NCBI GenBank assembly: GCA_017499595.2
Contig: CM039010.1
Coordinates: 2,108,001-2,172,000 of the forward strand
Direction of reading: 5' to 3'
DNA from: Psilocybe cubensis
Lineage: Eukaryota
DNA length: 64,000 nucleotides
The notes beneath the pieces were generated by a model. It saw only the letters and a list, made by a program, of their open reading frames with translations, searched no databases and was not told the DNA's origin. The position numbers and the translations under genes are program-made. Positions 11,917 to 24,676 of this stretch are shown here, piece after piece. Every line of letters starts with the position of its first letter. Position 1 is the first letter of the stretch.

Positions 11917-14900
11917 GTTCTATAGCGAACTCCCTGTGACCTGGGGACCCGGTCACCCGCTTTGGGTCACCGGGAATGATTAGCTAAGCTTAGTCAGCCG
12001 CGGCTTTTGTTGACTTTCCCTTTCGTTTTCTTACTCGTCCCTTCACCTCCATTCCGCTCGCTGGGACCCGCCCCTCGATCGCTCGCCGCTCGTCACTCCC
12101 AGGTCACCAATGTTTGGCGCGACTTCGACCGCTCAGGTCACAAGAATTTCGACCCCCGACGCCGTCCTTTGCCTCAATAGGTAGCTTGAACGGCCGCCCT
12201 CGACTCGATCCGGATGGGATGGAGTCTCCTCGCTACTGCGCGTTGCGTCGCGTTGCTAGCAGGGCATCGTGTGGGTGAGAAGTAGCTATGTGCAAAAACG
12301 GTGAGTTGAGTGCAACAATTGCGTATTCTTCAACACTACTGAGATCATTTACACCATGGGGGATTCAACGTGGGGGGCAAATTTCCACACGATGCGCGTC
12401 GCGTCGCGTCGCATTGCACTTCTCTCTTGTGAGCAATTCATTTTCTTTTTCTATCTCTGCTACTACTCCTTTGAACGTTGACCCGCTGATTACCCAACCC
12501 CCTCGATAGGTAATCCCAATGTGCACCATGCGCAACATGGCGCCCTCCACGTTCCAAAAAGAGCTTACGCAGATTCCAATGTGATTCATGTCGCGTTGCG
12601 TTGTACTTCTCTCCCGCGCTGTGACAGTGGAGTGTTTGTCGGTACAGACTCGACGTCGAAGTCACTTTGCGTCGCACTTTTCTCCCTTGGAAGGTGAGCG
12701 GAACTCATTCGGTCCTTCTGTTCGTCTTGACATATATTTTCCTATTTGACGCTATTGTTCAGCACGGACAATGCTCTGCGTCCCACAGTGGTGTCTGATT
12801 GAGTTGGATTTAGGCTCGCGCTGGGAGTATACAAGTTTGTGAGTGCTCTTTTCTCTTTTCATTTCTGCCTGGCGGCGCACCAGGAATCCTTTAGCATGCA
12901 GGTTCTCTTCCATGCTTTCTTATTTGCTGACCAACCCCTCTCTGTTTTGTTTTCTGCCAAATGGATCCACGCAAGGCTCAATTGATCAATGCGGATGCGG
13001 AGTTGATGGATTTGACACACAAGGCGCGTATACCAATTTCTCTTATCGCTTCAACTTAACTGGATCCCCTCTTCTTCTCCCCCCTGCGGCGTGTTCCCCT
13101 CATTATCTTTACCCCGCCTGTTGTCACCCCCGCTCTGCCCGCCAGCAAACACCTGCAATGTCACATACAGTGCTGCAGTTAAGCATTAAAACCTAGGAAA
13201 CTGGTGAAGGAGATTTCTGCGGTAGACCGCGCTCTCTAGTCCCTTTATTCCTCCTCTTTATTTTTGAATCTCTGAGCCACATGACACATGGGCAATCCAG
13301 GAATTTTCAGGCATGGAAATACACTGGAATTGCCCATAGTTTCTCACCTGCTTCCTTTCCCACATCATTATACCCCGCCTACCTTGGTCTGCCGCACATA
13401 TTTTTCCGCTTAAATTGAGTTATACCCATGGCTTGGACAACTTTATGCCGCCGACTTTATGCGTGGCTACCATTTTTTACTGCTGTGCAAATCTACCCCG
13501 TGAGAGCGTGCACATTCCATTGTCATTATCTGTTTCTGTGTGATTTGCCCATCGAGTCTTGAGTTGCATATCAGACAGCATAGAATAATGTGGTAGTAAC
13601 TATACATAACACTTCGACTAAGTAGAGTAGCAGTAAATACAACTAAGTCAAGTCAATGATTGAGTATTCAGTTTGAGGCACTGAGAATAGATTGGTTTTC
13701 AAGATAGAGCCAGATGTCTTTTCATGATCAGAATCTTCTGTCAAGTCGATGACATTGGGATCAATCAACAGGGATTGAGTTGTTGAAGATATACCCTTCT
13801 GAATAGTCCGTTATTGATTAACATCAATTTGATATGTTCAAGGCCTACCATCATATGGTCCAAGGCTTTGAGAATTTGAAATACAGCAGTATTGGGTTGC
13901 AAGAGAGGTGCTTAAAATCAAAATTAAAGGATTAAAAGAAGAGTTTAAACGAGAGCAAGCTGCATAGCTGTCGTAGCATTAAGTATTCATTATTACTTTG
14001 TTATTTGAAACTTTACAATTATGATTGTCTGCGGCTACTCTGTCTGTGCATAAATATATGCAAACCATAAAAAATATACTAGAACCAGTCAAGTACATAA
14101 GTAAGAGCATTAAAAATACCAATCAATAGTTATAAGTTATCATGTTTGGCCTTTTTTAGAGGACGACGAGGAGCTACAGCTTTTTTCCGCTTGGTTGGTT
14201 GAGCTTCCACCTCCTTTTGCAAAGATGCAGCCTCCCGCTTTAATTTGATATGTTTTGTAAGGGCTGAAAGTCCCTTTAATTGTTTGTCTTGCTGCCCTAG
14301 AATGTCAAGTTCATCAATGATTGCAAGTGGAGAGACCTTGCGATTATGAGCTTCTGAGTCAATATACTCAGGTATTTCTCGGAATCGCTGCCAGAATTTG
14401 CGGTCCTATGCTTTCCGTAAGTACTTGAATCATATTAATATCAAATTTCCCTACTTTGGATGAAATTCCGCTTTGCCAACTTTTGAGATGCTTGCCCTCG
14501 GAATTGAGTGATCCAAAATGTCGTTCCACCTCACGTAGAGGTGGCTTGATAGCTGTCTGATTACCATCTGCATCATTTACCCCCTCACCAACACTCCAGC
14601 ATGCCCATTGATCATGAAGGTTATATTTATCGAGTGTTTTTGATGGCTTCCAGCAGTCCCATAAATGCTCGGGTTGCTTGATAAGAGCAAATACTTGGTT
14701 CCATGTCACAGATGTCTGTCCAAAGACTGGAGGCCAAAAGAATTGAGGCTGACCTGTATTTATAAATCTGTATTTAGCAAATGTATATATCATAAAAGCA
14801 ATGACTTACCCTGTTCTGTGAAAGCAGACGCACTTGGTAGCACTAAATCAACCTGTGAATGCTTCCGGCGGATGGTACATGTTGGGGTTTTTGGAGATCC

Positions 14901-17900
14901 ATTTGCAAATGCTCGGAACTCTCCATTTTCAGCCATATACACACCAGTGTCATCGTTTTCACTATTATAAAATGGTAGATTTGCCGCAGTTGTAGCACTT
15001 TCAAGTGTTTCATGAGCGACTGTTGTGAGCTGCAGCGCAGGAAGTGGCTTATGCACTGCAGCTGAAAAAAAAGCCAATAAGGATTAAAGATGATGTGAAG
15101 CAGCTTTGTGACGCACATGTTGATGCTGTAGCCATTCTAGATGAGTAGTGAGTCGCTGAATACCCCTTTGCTGGTGATAACACTTGAGTACGCTGCTCAA
15201 CTATCTTCTGAATTCGAGCAACTTCAGCTAATTGAACACTTTGTGATGCAAGTAAAGATCGAGTTTCTTCAAGGGCAAGTTGAAGAAGCTGATTCTGGAT
15301 CCGCTGGAGATCAACCCTACTTCCTGCATTCGCTTTCAACACAGAAAAATCACTTGGAAACTGGTGCTTCATCCAATTCTGGACGTCTTGTTGAGCAAAC
15401 GCTGGAAGCCGGAATAGTGCTGAGTCCGGTACTTCTTGAAAGATGGCAGCACCACACTAAAGCAGAATATTTAATACAATGCTGCATAGTTAATGAAACT
15501 CTTACCTGGAATAGATAGGGACGTAGCTCCATAACCATTGACCAGTAGTTAGCTGCTCCAGACAAATTTTGCCGTCCAACAACATCCGAATATATTGTCT
15601 CAGCCATTGGGCATACAAGATGGAGAAAAATCTCAGGGACATGGACATGACGCCAAATAGGGTCATACACCTCATGAGCTTTATATCCATGTGCACCGAG
15701 TACAGCCTATTATGTACACATCCGGTTAGTAAGTCTTTGAATAATAAAGAGAAAAGTTCACCTCTTTTGGAAGTGCTGGTGCATAGGTGTCATAATATGT
15801 CTCTCCTCGTACCCATCCCATTCGGGACGTTACAGAGGGATCAACACTAACTCAAGATAAGTTATTAAGCATTGAACTAAATATATTTGAGCTTACCCCA
15901 TACGCTCTTGATTATATCCAAGAATATGGCGTGGTAGATATGCTTTTAAATGTGATGTGAATTCAGCAAAAGAAAATGCCTTGACGTAGAGATTGTACAG
16001 GCTTTGCTCATGGTATGGCGTTGCATATGACTTCTTGCCATGTAGAACACGTACTTGTCGCCAGGTTTTATTGATTGACCAGTTAATATCCAATGCTGAT
16101 GTGATATCAATAACATCATGAAGGAAATGATGATAAAAAGCGAATGCTCCCAGTGGGCATTTAACTGGATCAAGGTGGGCAATGAATACACTATACACCG
16201 GATTAACTTTCTGAATAGTGTAGATAATATATCAGATAGGGACAAGTGAATTGAGAGCTTAAATTTACCGTTCTCATCCCTCTGCTAGCACCCGCCTTCT
16301 CTTCTCCTTGACATCCCAGAACACACGGAATGGCAGTCTCTTTATTTGGATGAAGAAAGACATATGGCTGCAGCTCAGCCAGTCGAAGCGCTCGGAAATC
16401 ATCTCCACGGTTTCCTGACGCATTTTGTGCAGTCCAGCTCAAATGACCATTGATAACCGAACGTACTAGAGAACATTGTCAAATTATTACCAAAAGATTC
16501 AAAAAGTTACTCACACTCTCGATGCATAAGAAAGCCTTTTCCAACACTGTTCATCTGCGCTTCTGTGATTCCGGAGAGAAATGTATTGGCAACAATGTCC
16601 GGTGCATCCTCTTCGGGTATGAGGCCTCTGATAATATGGAATTAGTAACTTATAATCAGTGTAGCAGATTAAAAAGAAACAGACTCTCGAGCCCGTCGAA
16701 GAGCTTCATTCATACGACCTTTAAGTGCATCCCAAACATGGACATTGGTTGCTGGGCGCTGCTGGGAAAGACTGGGGTCTTTGGCTTCTTGCTCTTTACG
16801 GATACGAAGTGCACCAAAATATAGTTTCTTAATGTGTGACTGAGAATCAATGTAAGTTTTATGCATGGCCTAATACACTGATATCCGGACTTACCGCGCC
16901 AATAAATGTACCAGGTATGTCAATACCTTTGCGTGTTCGCTTTGGTCTCTCGGCACAGTACCGAATATACAATAGTAAATGGTGGGCGTCAACAATTTCG
17001 TCTTTGATTTGACCTGTCTTCAAGGCATGGCCACAAAAGATCTGAAACGTATTCAAGTTAGATTGGAATATGTATACATAGACTTAGCCAATGACCTTCC
17101 AGTCTTTAATAACCGCATTTTGAGTCTTAACTCCACCCGCTCGTCGATTATTCTCTGCACGTCTCGTCTCCTCAAGCCGGATCCGAGTTTGAAATTTGGT
17201 GTAACTTTCGCCTGGAAAAGGTCCACCTTGCATTTGAGTCTCCAAGTCAAATTCACTGTCGTCTTCAAGGGCTGTGTGGGCTAGGAGCTCGTCGTTGATC
17301 TCAAGAACCTCTTGAAATTCGTCCTCAGGATCACTATCACTATCATCGTCGTACCCAAGAACCTCCTCAGCAGCAGCACCTTCAATACCAAATTCTTGAA
17401 TGAGGATTTCGTCATTATTTCCTCTCAATACGGACATTGATGTGCCAACATATTGCGAGCTAGAAGATGGTAGCTCAGCAACTTGAGCATCAGGAATTGA
17501 TTCCTCCGTGACAACTGGAGGAAACCTGTTAATGCAACCCAATAAAATACTAAGTATAATAGAATATAATTAAAATATGTGCCACATACCAGTAGTCCGT
17601 CAACATTGTTCGAAGATGCTCCAAATTTGCACTCTTAGGTGGTGCTAAATTAGCATCAATACATGCTTCGCGAAGTGGCTCTTTCCGTCGTATAGAAGCT
17701 AGCCTAGACATGTACTGAGCGCGGGATATATTGATAACACCATTGTTGTTGGTCGTGGGGATTGTAATTTCAGCATGTTGAGCTTGCTTAGAAGACTCGG
17801 TGCGAGATATGTGCAGTGCCGAGTTGTCATTGGCAACTAACAACCTTGAATTCAAAGCCTGAGTATCGTTTATTGGAGACTGCATTGGTTTACTCAGAGA

Positions 17901-18298
17901 TTTTTGAACGAGAGTGGGGGAAACTGTATATTCATAAGACATTTTATAGAGTACATTCTTTTATTATCTTGTACTAGTTGAGTTCAACGATGGGCCACTG
18001 GAGCGATGTAGAATGGACACTCACCAAAGGAAAATAACCGGTCATTTCACGTTGAATGGCACTCATGATTGACTCATGAGTTTGGCCAGTGTTGTGCGCA
18101 TATTGGCCAGTGCCACTGAAGGCCACAGAAATAAATCAATGGCGGCACATACCCACAGTGTCCGGTGCAGGTTGCGATGCTCACTGCATGCCTCAGTGAA
18201 AGTCACCCAGCTCTGTGACCCAGGGCCAAATTTGTGCGGCAGGTCACAAAATGTCTGTGACCTGCGCCCAAGGAATGCCACGGGGGTCTCCTTGTTCT
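11917..18298 (-). mobile_element. Crypton copy 1
   Basis: Bounded by ttacac|GTTCT|atagcg and ctcctt|GTTCT|atagcg. Confidence 0.9.
14130..17942 (-). CDS. Crypton tyrosine recombinase (Ndc10/CryptonF-like YR plus GCR1_C-like domain), copy 1, catalytic His changed to Tyr
   Basis: About 13 exons spliced by hand: ASGNRGDDFR (R), GEEKAG (K), HLDPVKCPLGAFAFY, KAYLPRH (HxxR altered), SRMGWVRGETYYDTY (W and Y; exon absent from the ORF track), QWACWSVG..IKPPLREVERHFG..W (GCR1_C-like), basic tail KRKK..RRPLKKAK, stop at 14130-14132. Confidence 0.85.
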
Positions 18299-21200
18299 AT
18301 AGCGAACTCCCTGTGACCTGGGGACCCGGTCACCCGCTTTGGGTCACCGGGAATGATTAGCTAAGCTTAGTCAGCCGCGGCTTTTGTTGACTTTCCCTTT
18401 CGTTTTCTTACTCGTCCCTTCACCTCCATTCCGCTCGCTGGGACCCGCCCCTCGATCGCTCGCCGCTCGTCACTCCCAGGTCACCAATGTTTGGCGCGAC
18501 TTCGACCGCTCAGGTCACAAGAATTTCGACCCCCGACGCCGTCCTTTGCCTCAATAGGTAGCTTGAACGGCCGCCCTCGACTCGATCCGGATGGGATGGA
18601 GTCTCCTCGCTACTGCGCGTTGCGTCGCGTTGCTAGCAGGGCATCGTGTGGGTGAGAAGTAGCTATGTGCAAAAACGGTGAGTTGAGTGCAACAATTGCG
18701 TATTCTTCAACACTACTGAGATCATTTACACCATGGGGGATTCAACGTGGGGGGCAAATTTCCACACGATGCGCGTCGCGTCGCGTCGCATTGCACTTCT
18801 CTCTTGTGAGCAATTCATTTTCTTTTTCTATCTCTGCTACTACTCCTTTGAACGTTGACCCGCTGATTACCCAACCCCCTCGATAGGTAATCCCAATGTG
18901 CACCATGCGCAACATGGCGCCCTCCACGTTCCAAAAAGAGCTTACGCAGATTCCAATGTGATTCATGTCGCGTTGCGTTGTACTTCTCTCCCGCGCTGTG
19001 ACAGTGGAGTGTTTGTCGGTACAGACTCGACGTCGAAGTCACTTTGCGTCGCACTTTTCTCCCTTGGAAGGTGAGCGGAACTCATTCGGTCCTTCTGTTC
19101 GTCTTGACATATATTTTCCTATTTGACGCTATTGTTCAGCACGGACAATGCTCTGCGTCCCACAGTGGTGTCTGATTGAGTTGGATTTAGGCTCGCGCTG
19201 GGAGTATACAAGTTTGTGAGTGCTCTTTTCTCTTTTCATTTCTGCCTGGCGGCGCACCAGGAATCCTTTAGCATGCAGGTTCTCTTCCATGCTTTCTTAT
19301 TTGCTGACCAACCCCTCTCTGTTTTGTTTTCTGCCAAATGGATCCACGCAAGGCTCAATTGATCAATGCGGATGCGGAGTTGATGGATTTGACACACAAG
19401 GCGCGTATACCAATTTCTCTTATCGCTTCAACTTAACTGGATCCCCTCTTCTTCTCCCCCCTGCGGCGTGTTCCCCTCATTATCTTTACTCCGCCTGTTG
19501 TCACCCCCGCTCTGCCCGCCAGCAAACACCTGCAATGTCACATACAGTGCTGCAGTTAAGCATTAAAACCTAGGAAACTGGTGAAGGAGATTTCTGCGGT
19601 AGACCGCGCTCTCTAGTCCCTTTATTCCTCCTCTTTATTTTTGAATCTCTGAGCCACATGACACATGGGCAATCCAGGAATTTTCAGGCATGGAAATACA
19701 CTGGAATTGCCCATAGTTTCTCACCTGCTTCCTTTCCCACATCATTATACCCCGCCTACCTTGGTCTGCCGCACATATTTTTCCGCTTAAATTGAGTTAT
19801 ACCCATGGCTTGGACAACTTTATGCCGCCGACTTTATGCGTGGCTACCATTTTTTACTGCTGTGCAAATCTACCCCGTGAGAGCGTGCACATTCCATTGT
19901 CATTATCTGTTTCTGTGTGATTTGCCCATCGAGTCTTGAGTTGCATATCAGACAGCATAGAATAATGTGGTAGTAACTATACATAACACTTCGACTAAGT
20001 AGAGTAGCAGTAAATACAACTAAGTCAAGTCAATGATTGAGTATTCAGTTTGAGGCACTGAGAATAGATTGGTTTTCAAGATAGAGCCAGATGTCTTTTC
20101 ATGATCAGAATCTTCTGTCAAGTCGATGACATTGGGATCAATCAACAGGGATTGAGTTGTTGAAGATATACCCTTCTGAATAGTCCGTTATTGATTAACA
20201 TCAATTTGATATGTTCAAGGCCTACCATCATATGGTCCAAGGCTTTGAGAATTTGAAATACAGCAGTATTGGGTTGCAAGAGAGGTGCTTAAAATCAAAA
20301 TTAAAGGATTAAAAGAAGAGTTTAAACGAGAGCAAGCTGCATAGCTGTCGTAGCATTAAGTATTCATTATTACTTTGTTATTTGAAACTTTACAATTATG
20401 ATTGTCTGCGGCTACTCTGTCTGTGCATAAATATATGCAAACCATAAAAAATATACTAGAACCAGTCAAGTACATAAGTAAGAGCATTAAAAATACCAAT
20501 CAATAGTTATAAGTTATCATGTTTGGCCTTTTTTAGAGGACGACGAGGAGCTACAGCTTTTTTCCGCTTGGTTGGTTGAGCTTCCACCTCCTTTTGCAAA
20601 GATGCAGCCTCCCGCTTTAATTTGATATGTTTTGTAAGGGCTGAAAGTCCCTTTAATTGTTTGTCTTGCTGCCCTAGAATGTCAAGTTCATCAATGATTG
20701 CAAGTGGAGAGACCTTGCGATTATGAGCTTCTGAGTCAATATACTCAGGTATTTCTCGGAATCGCTGCCAGAATTTGCGGTCCTATGCTTTCCGTAAGTA
20801 CTTGAATCATATTAATATCAAATTTCCCTACTTTGGATGAAATTCCGCTTCGCCAACTTTTGAGATGCTTGCCCTCGGAATTGAGTGATCCAAAATGTCG
20901 TTCCACCTCACGTAGAGGTGGCTTGATAGCTGTCTGATTACCATCTGCATCATTTACCCCCTCACCAACACTCCAGCATGCCCATTGATCATGAAGGTTA
21001 TATTTATCGAGTGTTTTTGATGGCTTCCAGCAGTCCCATAAATGCTCGGGTTGCTTGATAAGAGCAAATACTTGGTTCCATGTCACAGATGTCTGTCCAA
21101 AGACTGGAGGCCAAAAGAATTGAGGCTGACCTGTATTTATAAATCTGTATTTAGCAAATGTATATATCATAAAAGCAATGACTTACCCTGTTCTGTGAAA

Positions 21201-24200
21201 GCAGACGCACTTGGTAGCACTAAATCAACCTGTGAATGCTTCCGGCGGATGGTACATGTTGGGGTTTTTGGAGATCCATTTGCAAATGCTCGGAACTCTC
21301 CATTTTCAGCCATATACACACCAGTGTCATCGTTTTCACTATTATAAAATGGTAGATTTGCCGCAGTTGTAGCACTTTCAAGTGTTTCATGAGCGACTGT
21401 TGTGAGCTGCAGCGCAGGAAGTGGCTTATGCACTGCAGCTGAAAAAAAAAGCCAATAAGGATTAAAGATGATGTGAAGCAGCTTTGTGACGCACATGTTG
21501 ATGCTGTAGCCATTCTAGATGAGTAGTGAGTCGCTGAATACCCCTTTGCTGGTGATAACACTTGAGTACGCTGCTCAACTATCTTCTGAATTTGAGCAAC
21601 TTCAGCTAATTGAACACTTTGTGATGCAAGTAAAGATCAAGTTTCTTCAAGGGCAAGTTGAAGAAGCTGATTCTGGATCCGCTGGAGATCAACCCTACTT
21701 CCTGCATTCGCTTTCAACACAGAAAAATCACTTGGAAACTGGTGCTTCATCCAATTCTGGACGTCTTGTTGAGCAAACGCTGGAAGCCGGAATAGTGCTG
21801 AGTCCGGTACTTCTTGAAAGATGGCAGCACCACACTAAAGCAGAATATTTAATACAATGCTGCATAGTTAATGAAACTCTTACCTGGAATAGATAGGGAC
21901 GTAGCTCCATAACCATTGACCAGTAGTTAGCTGCTCCAGACAAATTTTGCCGTCCAACAACATCCGAATATATTGTCTCAGCCATTGGGCATACAAGATG
22001 GAGAAAAATCTCAGGGACATGGACATGACGCCAAATAGGGTCATACACCTCATGAGCTTTATATCCATGTGCACCGAGTACAGCCTATTATGTACACATC
22101 CGGTTAGTAAGTCTTTGAATAATAAAGAGAAAAGTTCACCTCTTTTGGAAGTGCTGGTGCATAGGTGTCATAATATGTCTCTCCTCGTACCCATCCCATT
22201 CGGGACGTTACAGAGGGATCAACACTAACTCAAGATAAGTTATTAAGCATTGAACTAAATATATTTGAGCTTACCCCATACGCTCTTGATTATATCCAAG
22301 AATATGGCGTGGTAGATGTGCTTTTAAATGTGATGTGAATTCAGCAAAAGAAAATGCCTTGACGTAGAGATTGTACAGGCTTTGCTCATGGTATGGCGTT
22401 GCATATGACTTCTTGCCATGTAGAACACGTACTTGTCGCCAGGTTTTATTGATTGACCAGTTAATATCCAATGCTGATGTGATATCAATAACATCATGAA
22501 GGAAATGATGATAAAAAGCGAATGCTCCCAGTGGGCATTTAACTGGATCAAGGTGGGCAATGAATACACTATACACCGGATTAACTTTCTGAATAGTGTA
22601 GATAATATATCAGATAGGGACAAGTGAATTGAGAGCTTAAATTTACCGTTCTCATCCCTCTGCTAGCACCCGCCTTCTCTTCTCCTTGACATCCCAGAAC
22701 ACACGGAATGGCAGTCTCTTTATTTGGATGAAGAAAGACATATGGCTGCAGCTCAGCCAGTCGAAGCGCTCGGAAATCATCTCCACGGTTTCCTGACGCA
22801 TTTTGTGCAGTCCAGCTCAAATGACCATTGATAACCGAACGTACTAGAGAACATTGTCAAATTATTACCAAAAGATTCAAAAAGTTACTCACACTCTCGA
22901 TGCATAAGAAAGCCTTTTCCAACACTGTTCATCTGCGCTTCTGTGATTCCGGAGAGAAATGTATTGGCAACAATGTCCGGTGCATCCTCTTCGGGTATGA
23001 GGCCTCTGATAATATGGAATTAGTAACTTATAATCAGTGTAGCAGATTAAAAAGAAACAGACTCTCGAGCCCGTCGAAGAGCTTCATTCATACGACCTTT
23101 AAGTGCATCCCAAACATGGACATTGGTTGCTGGGCGCTGCTGGGAAAGACTGGGGTCTTTGGCTTCTTGCTCTTTACGGATACGAAGTGCACCAAAATAT
23201 AGTTTCTTAATGTGTGACTGAGAATCAATGTAAGTTTTATGCATGGCCTAATACACTGATATCCGGACTTACCGCGCCAATAAATGTACCAGGTATGTCA
23301 ATACCTTTGCGTGTTCGCTTTGGTCTCTCGGCACAGTACCGAATATACAATAGTAAATGGTGGGCGTCAACAATTTCGTCTTTGATTTGACCTGTCTTCA
23401 AGGCATGGCCACAAAAGATCTGAAACGTATTCAAGTTAGATTGGAATATGTATACATAGACTTAGCCAATGACCTTCCAGTCTTTAATAACCGCATTTTG
23501 AGTCTTAACTCCACCCGCTCGTCGATTATTCTCTGCACGTCTCGTCTCCTCAAGCCGGATCCGAGTTTGAAATTTGGTGTAACTTTCGCCTGGAAAAGGT
23601 CCACCTTGCATTTGAGTCTCCAAGTCAAATTCACTGTCGTCTTCAAGGGCTGTGTGGGCTAGGAGCTCGTCGTTGATCTCAAGAACCTCTTGAAATTCGT
23701 CCTCAGGATCACTATCACTATCATCGTCGTACCCAAGAACCTCCTCAGCAGCAGCACCTTCAATACCAAATTCTTGAATGAGGATTTCGTCATTATTTCC
23801 TCTCAATACGGACATTGATGTGCCAACATATTGCGAGCTAGAAGATGGTAGCTCAGCAACTTGAGCATCAGGAATTGATTCCTCCGTGACAACTGGAGGA
23901 AACCTGTTAATGCAACCCAATAAAATACTAAGTATAATAGAATATAATTAAAATATGTGCCACATACCAGTAGTCCGTCAACATTGTTCGAAGATGCTCC
24001 AAATTTGCACTCTTAGGTGGTGCTAAATTAGCATCAATACATGCTTCGCGAAGTGGCTCTTTCCGTCGTATAGAAGCTAGCCTAGACATGTACTGAGCGC
24101 GGGATATATTGATAACACCATTGTTGTTGGTCGTGGGGATTGTAATTTCAGCATGTTGAGCTTGCTTAGAAGACTCGGTGCGAGATATGTGCAGTGCCGA

Positions 24201-24676
24201 GTTGTCATTGGCAACTAACAACCTTGAATTCAAAGCCTGAGTATCGTTTATTGGAGACTGCATTGGTTTACTCAGAGATTTTTGAACGAGAGTGGGGGAA
24301 ACTGTATATTCATAAGACATTTTATAGAGTACATTCTTTTATTATCTTGTACTAGTTGAGTTCAACGATGGGCCACTGGAGCGATGTAGAATGGACACTC
24401 ACCAAAGGAAAATAACCGGTCATTTCACGTTGAATGGCACTCATGATTGACTCATGAGTTTGGCCAGTGTTGTGCGCATATTGGCCAGTGCCACTGAAGG
24501 CCACAGAAATAAATCAATGGCGGCACATACCCACAGTGTCCGGTGCAGGTTGCGATGCTCACTGCATGCCTCAGTGAAAGTCACCCAGCTCTGTGACCCA
24601 GGGCCAAATTTGTGCGGCAGGTCACAAAATGTCTGTGACCTGCGCCCAAGGAATGCCACGGGGGTCTCCTTGTTCT
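18294..24676 (-). mobile_element. Crypton copy 2
   Basis: Both ends are the internal junction ctcctt|GTTCT|atagcg. Confidence 0.9.
20507..24320 (-). pseudogene. Crypton tyrosine recombinase copy 2 with premature stop
   Basis: Same exons as copies 1 and 3 with intact HLPRH. G>A at 21639 turns CGA into TGA (ETRSLL to ET*), removing the GCR1_C-like C-terminus. Confidence 0.8.

Noticed and set aside
12230-12690. GCGTCGC-type recurring motifs as a CRISPR-like array
   Set aside because: Repeats are degenerate and irregularly spaced, and the context is eukaryotic with no cas genes.
14665-17284. Plus-strand ORFs within each Crypton unit (e.g. 14665-14970, 15141-15518, 16450-16824, 16979-17284)
   Set aside because: They are antisense shadows of YR exons with no recognisable motifs.
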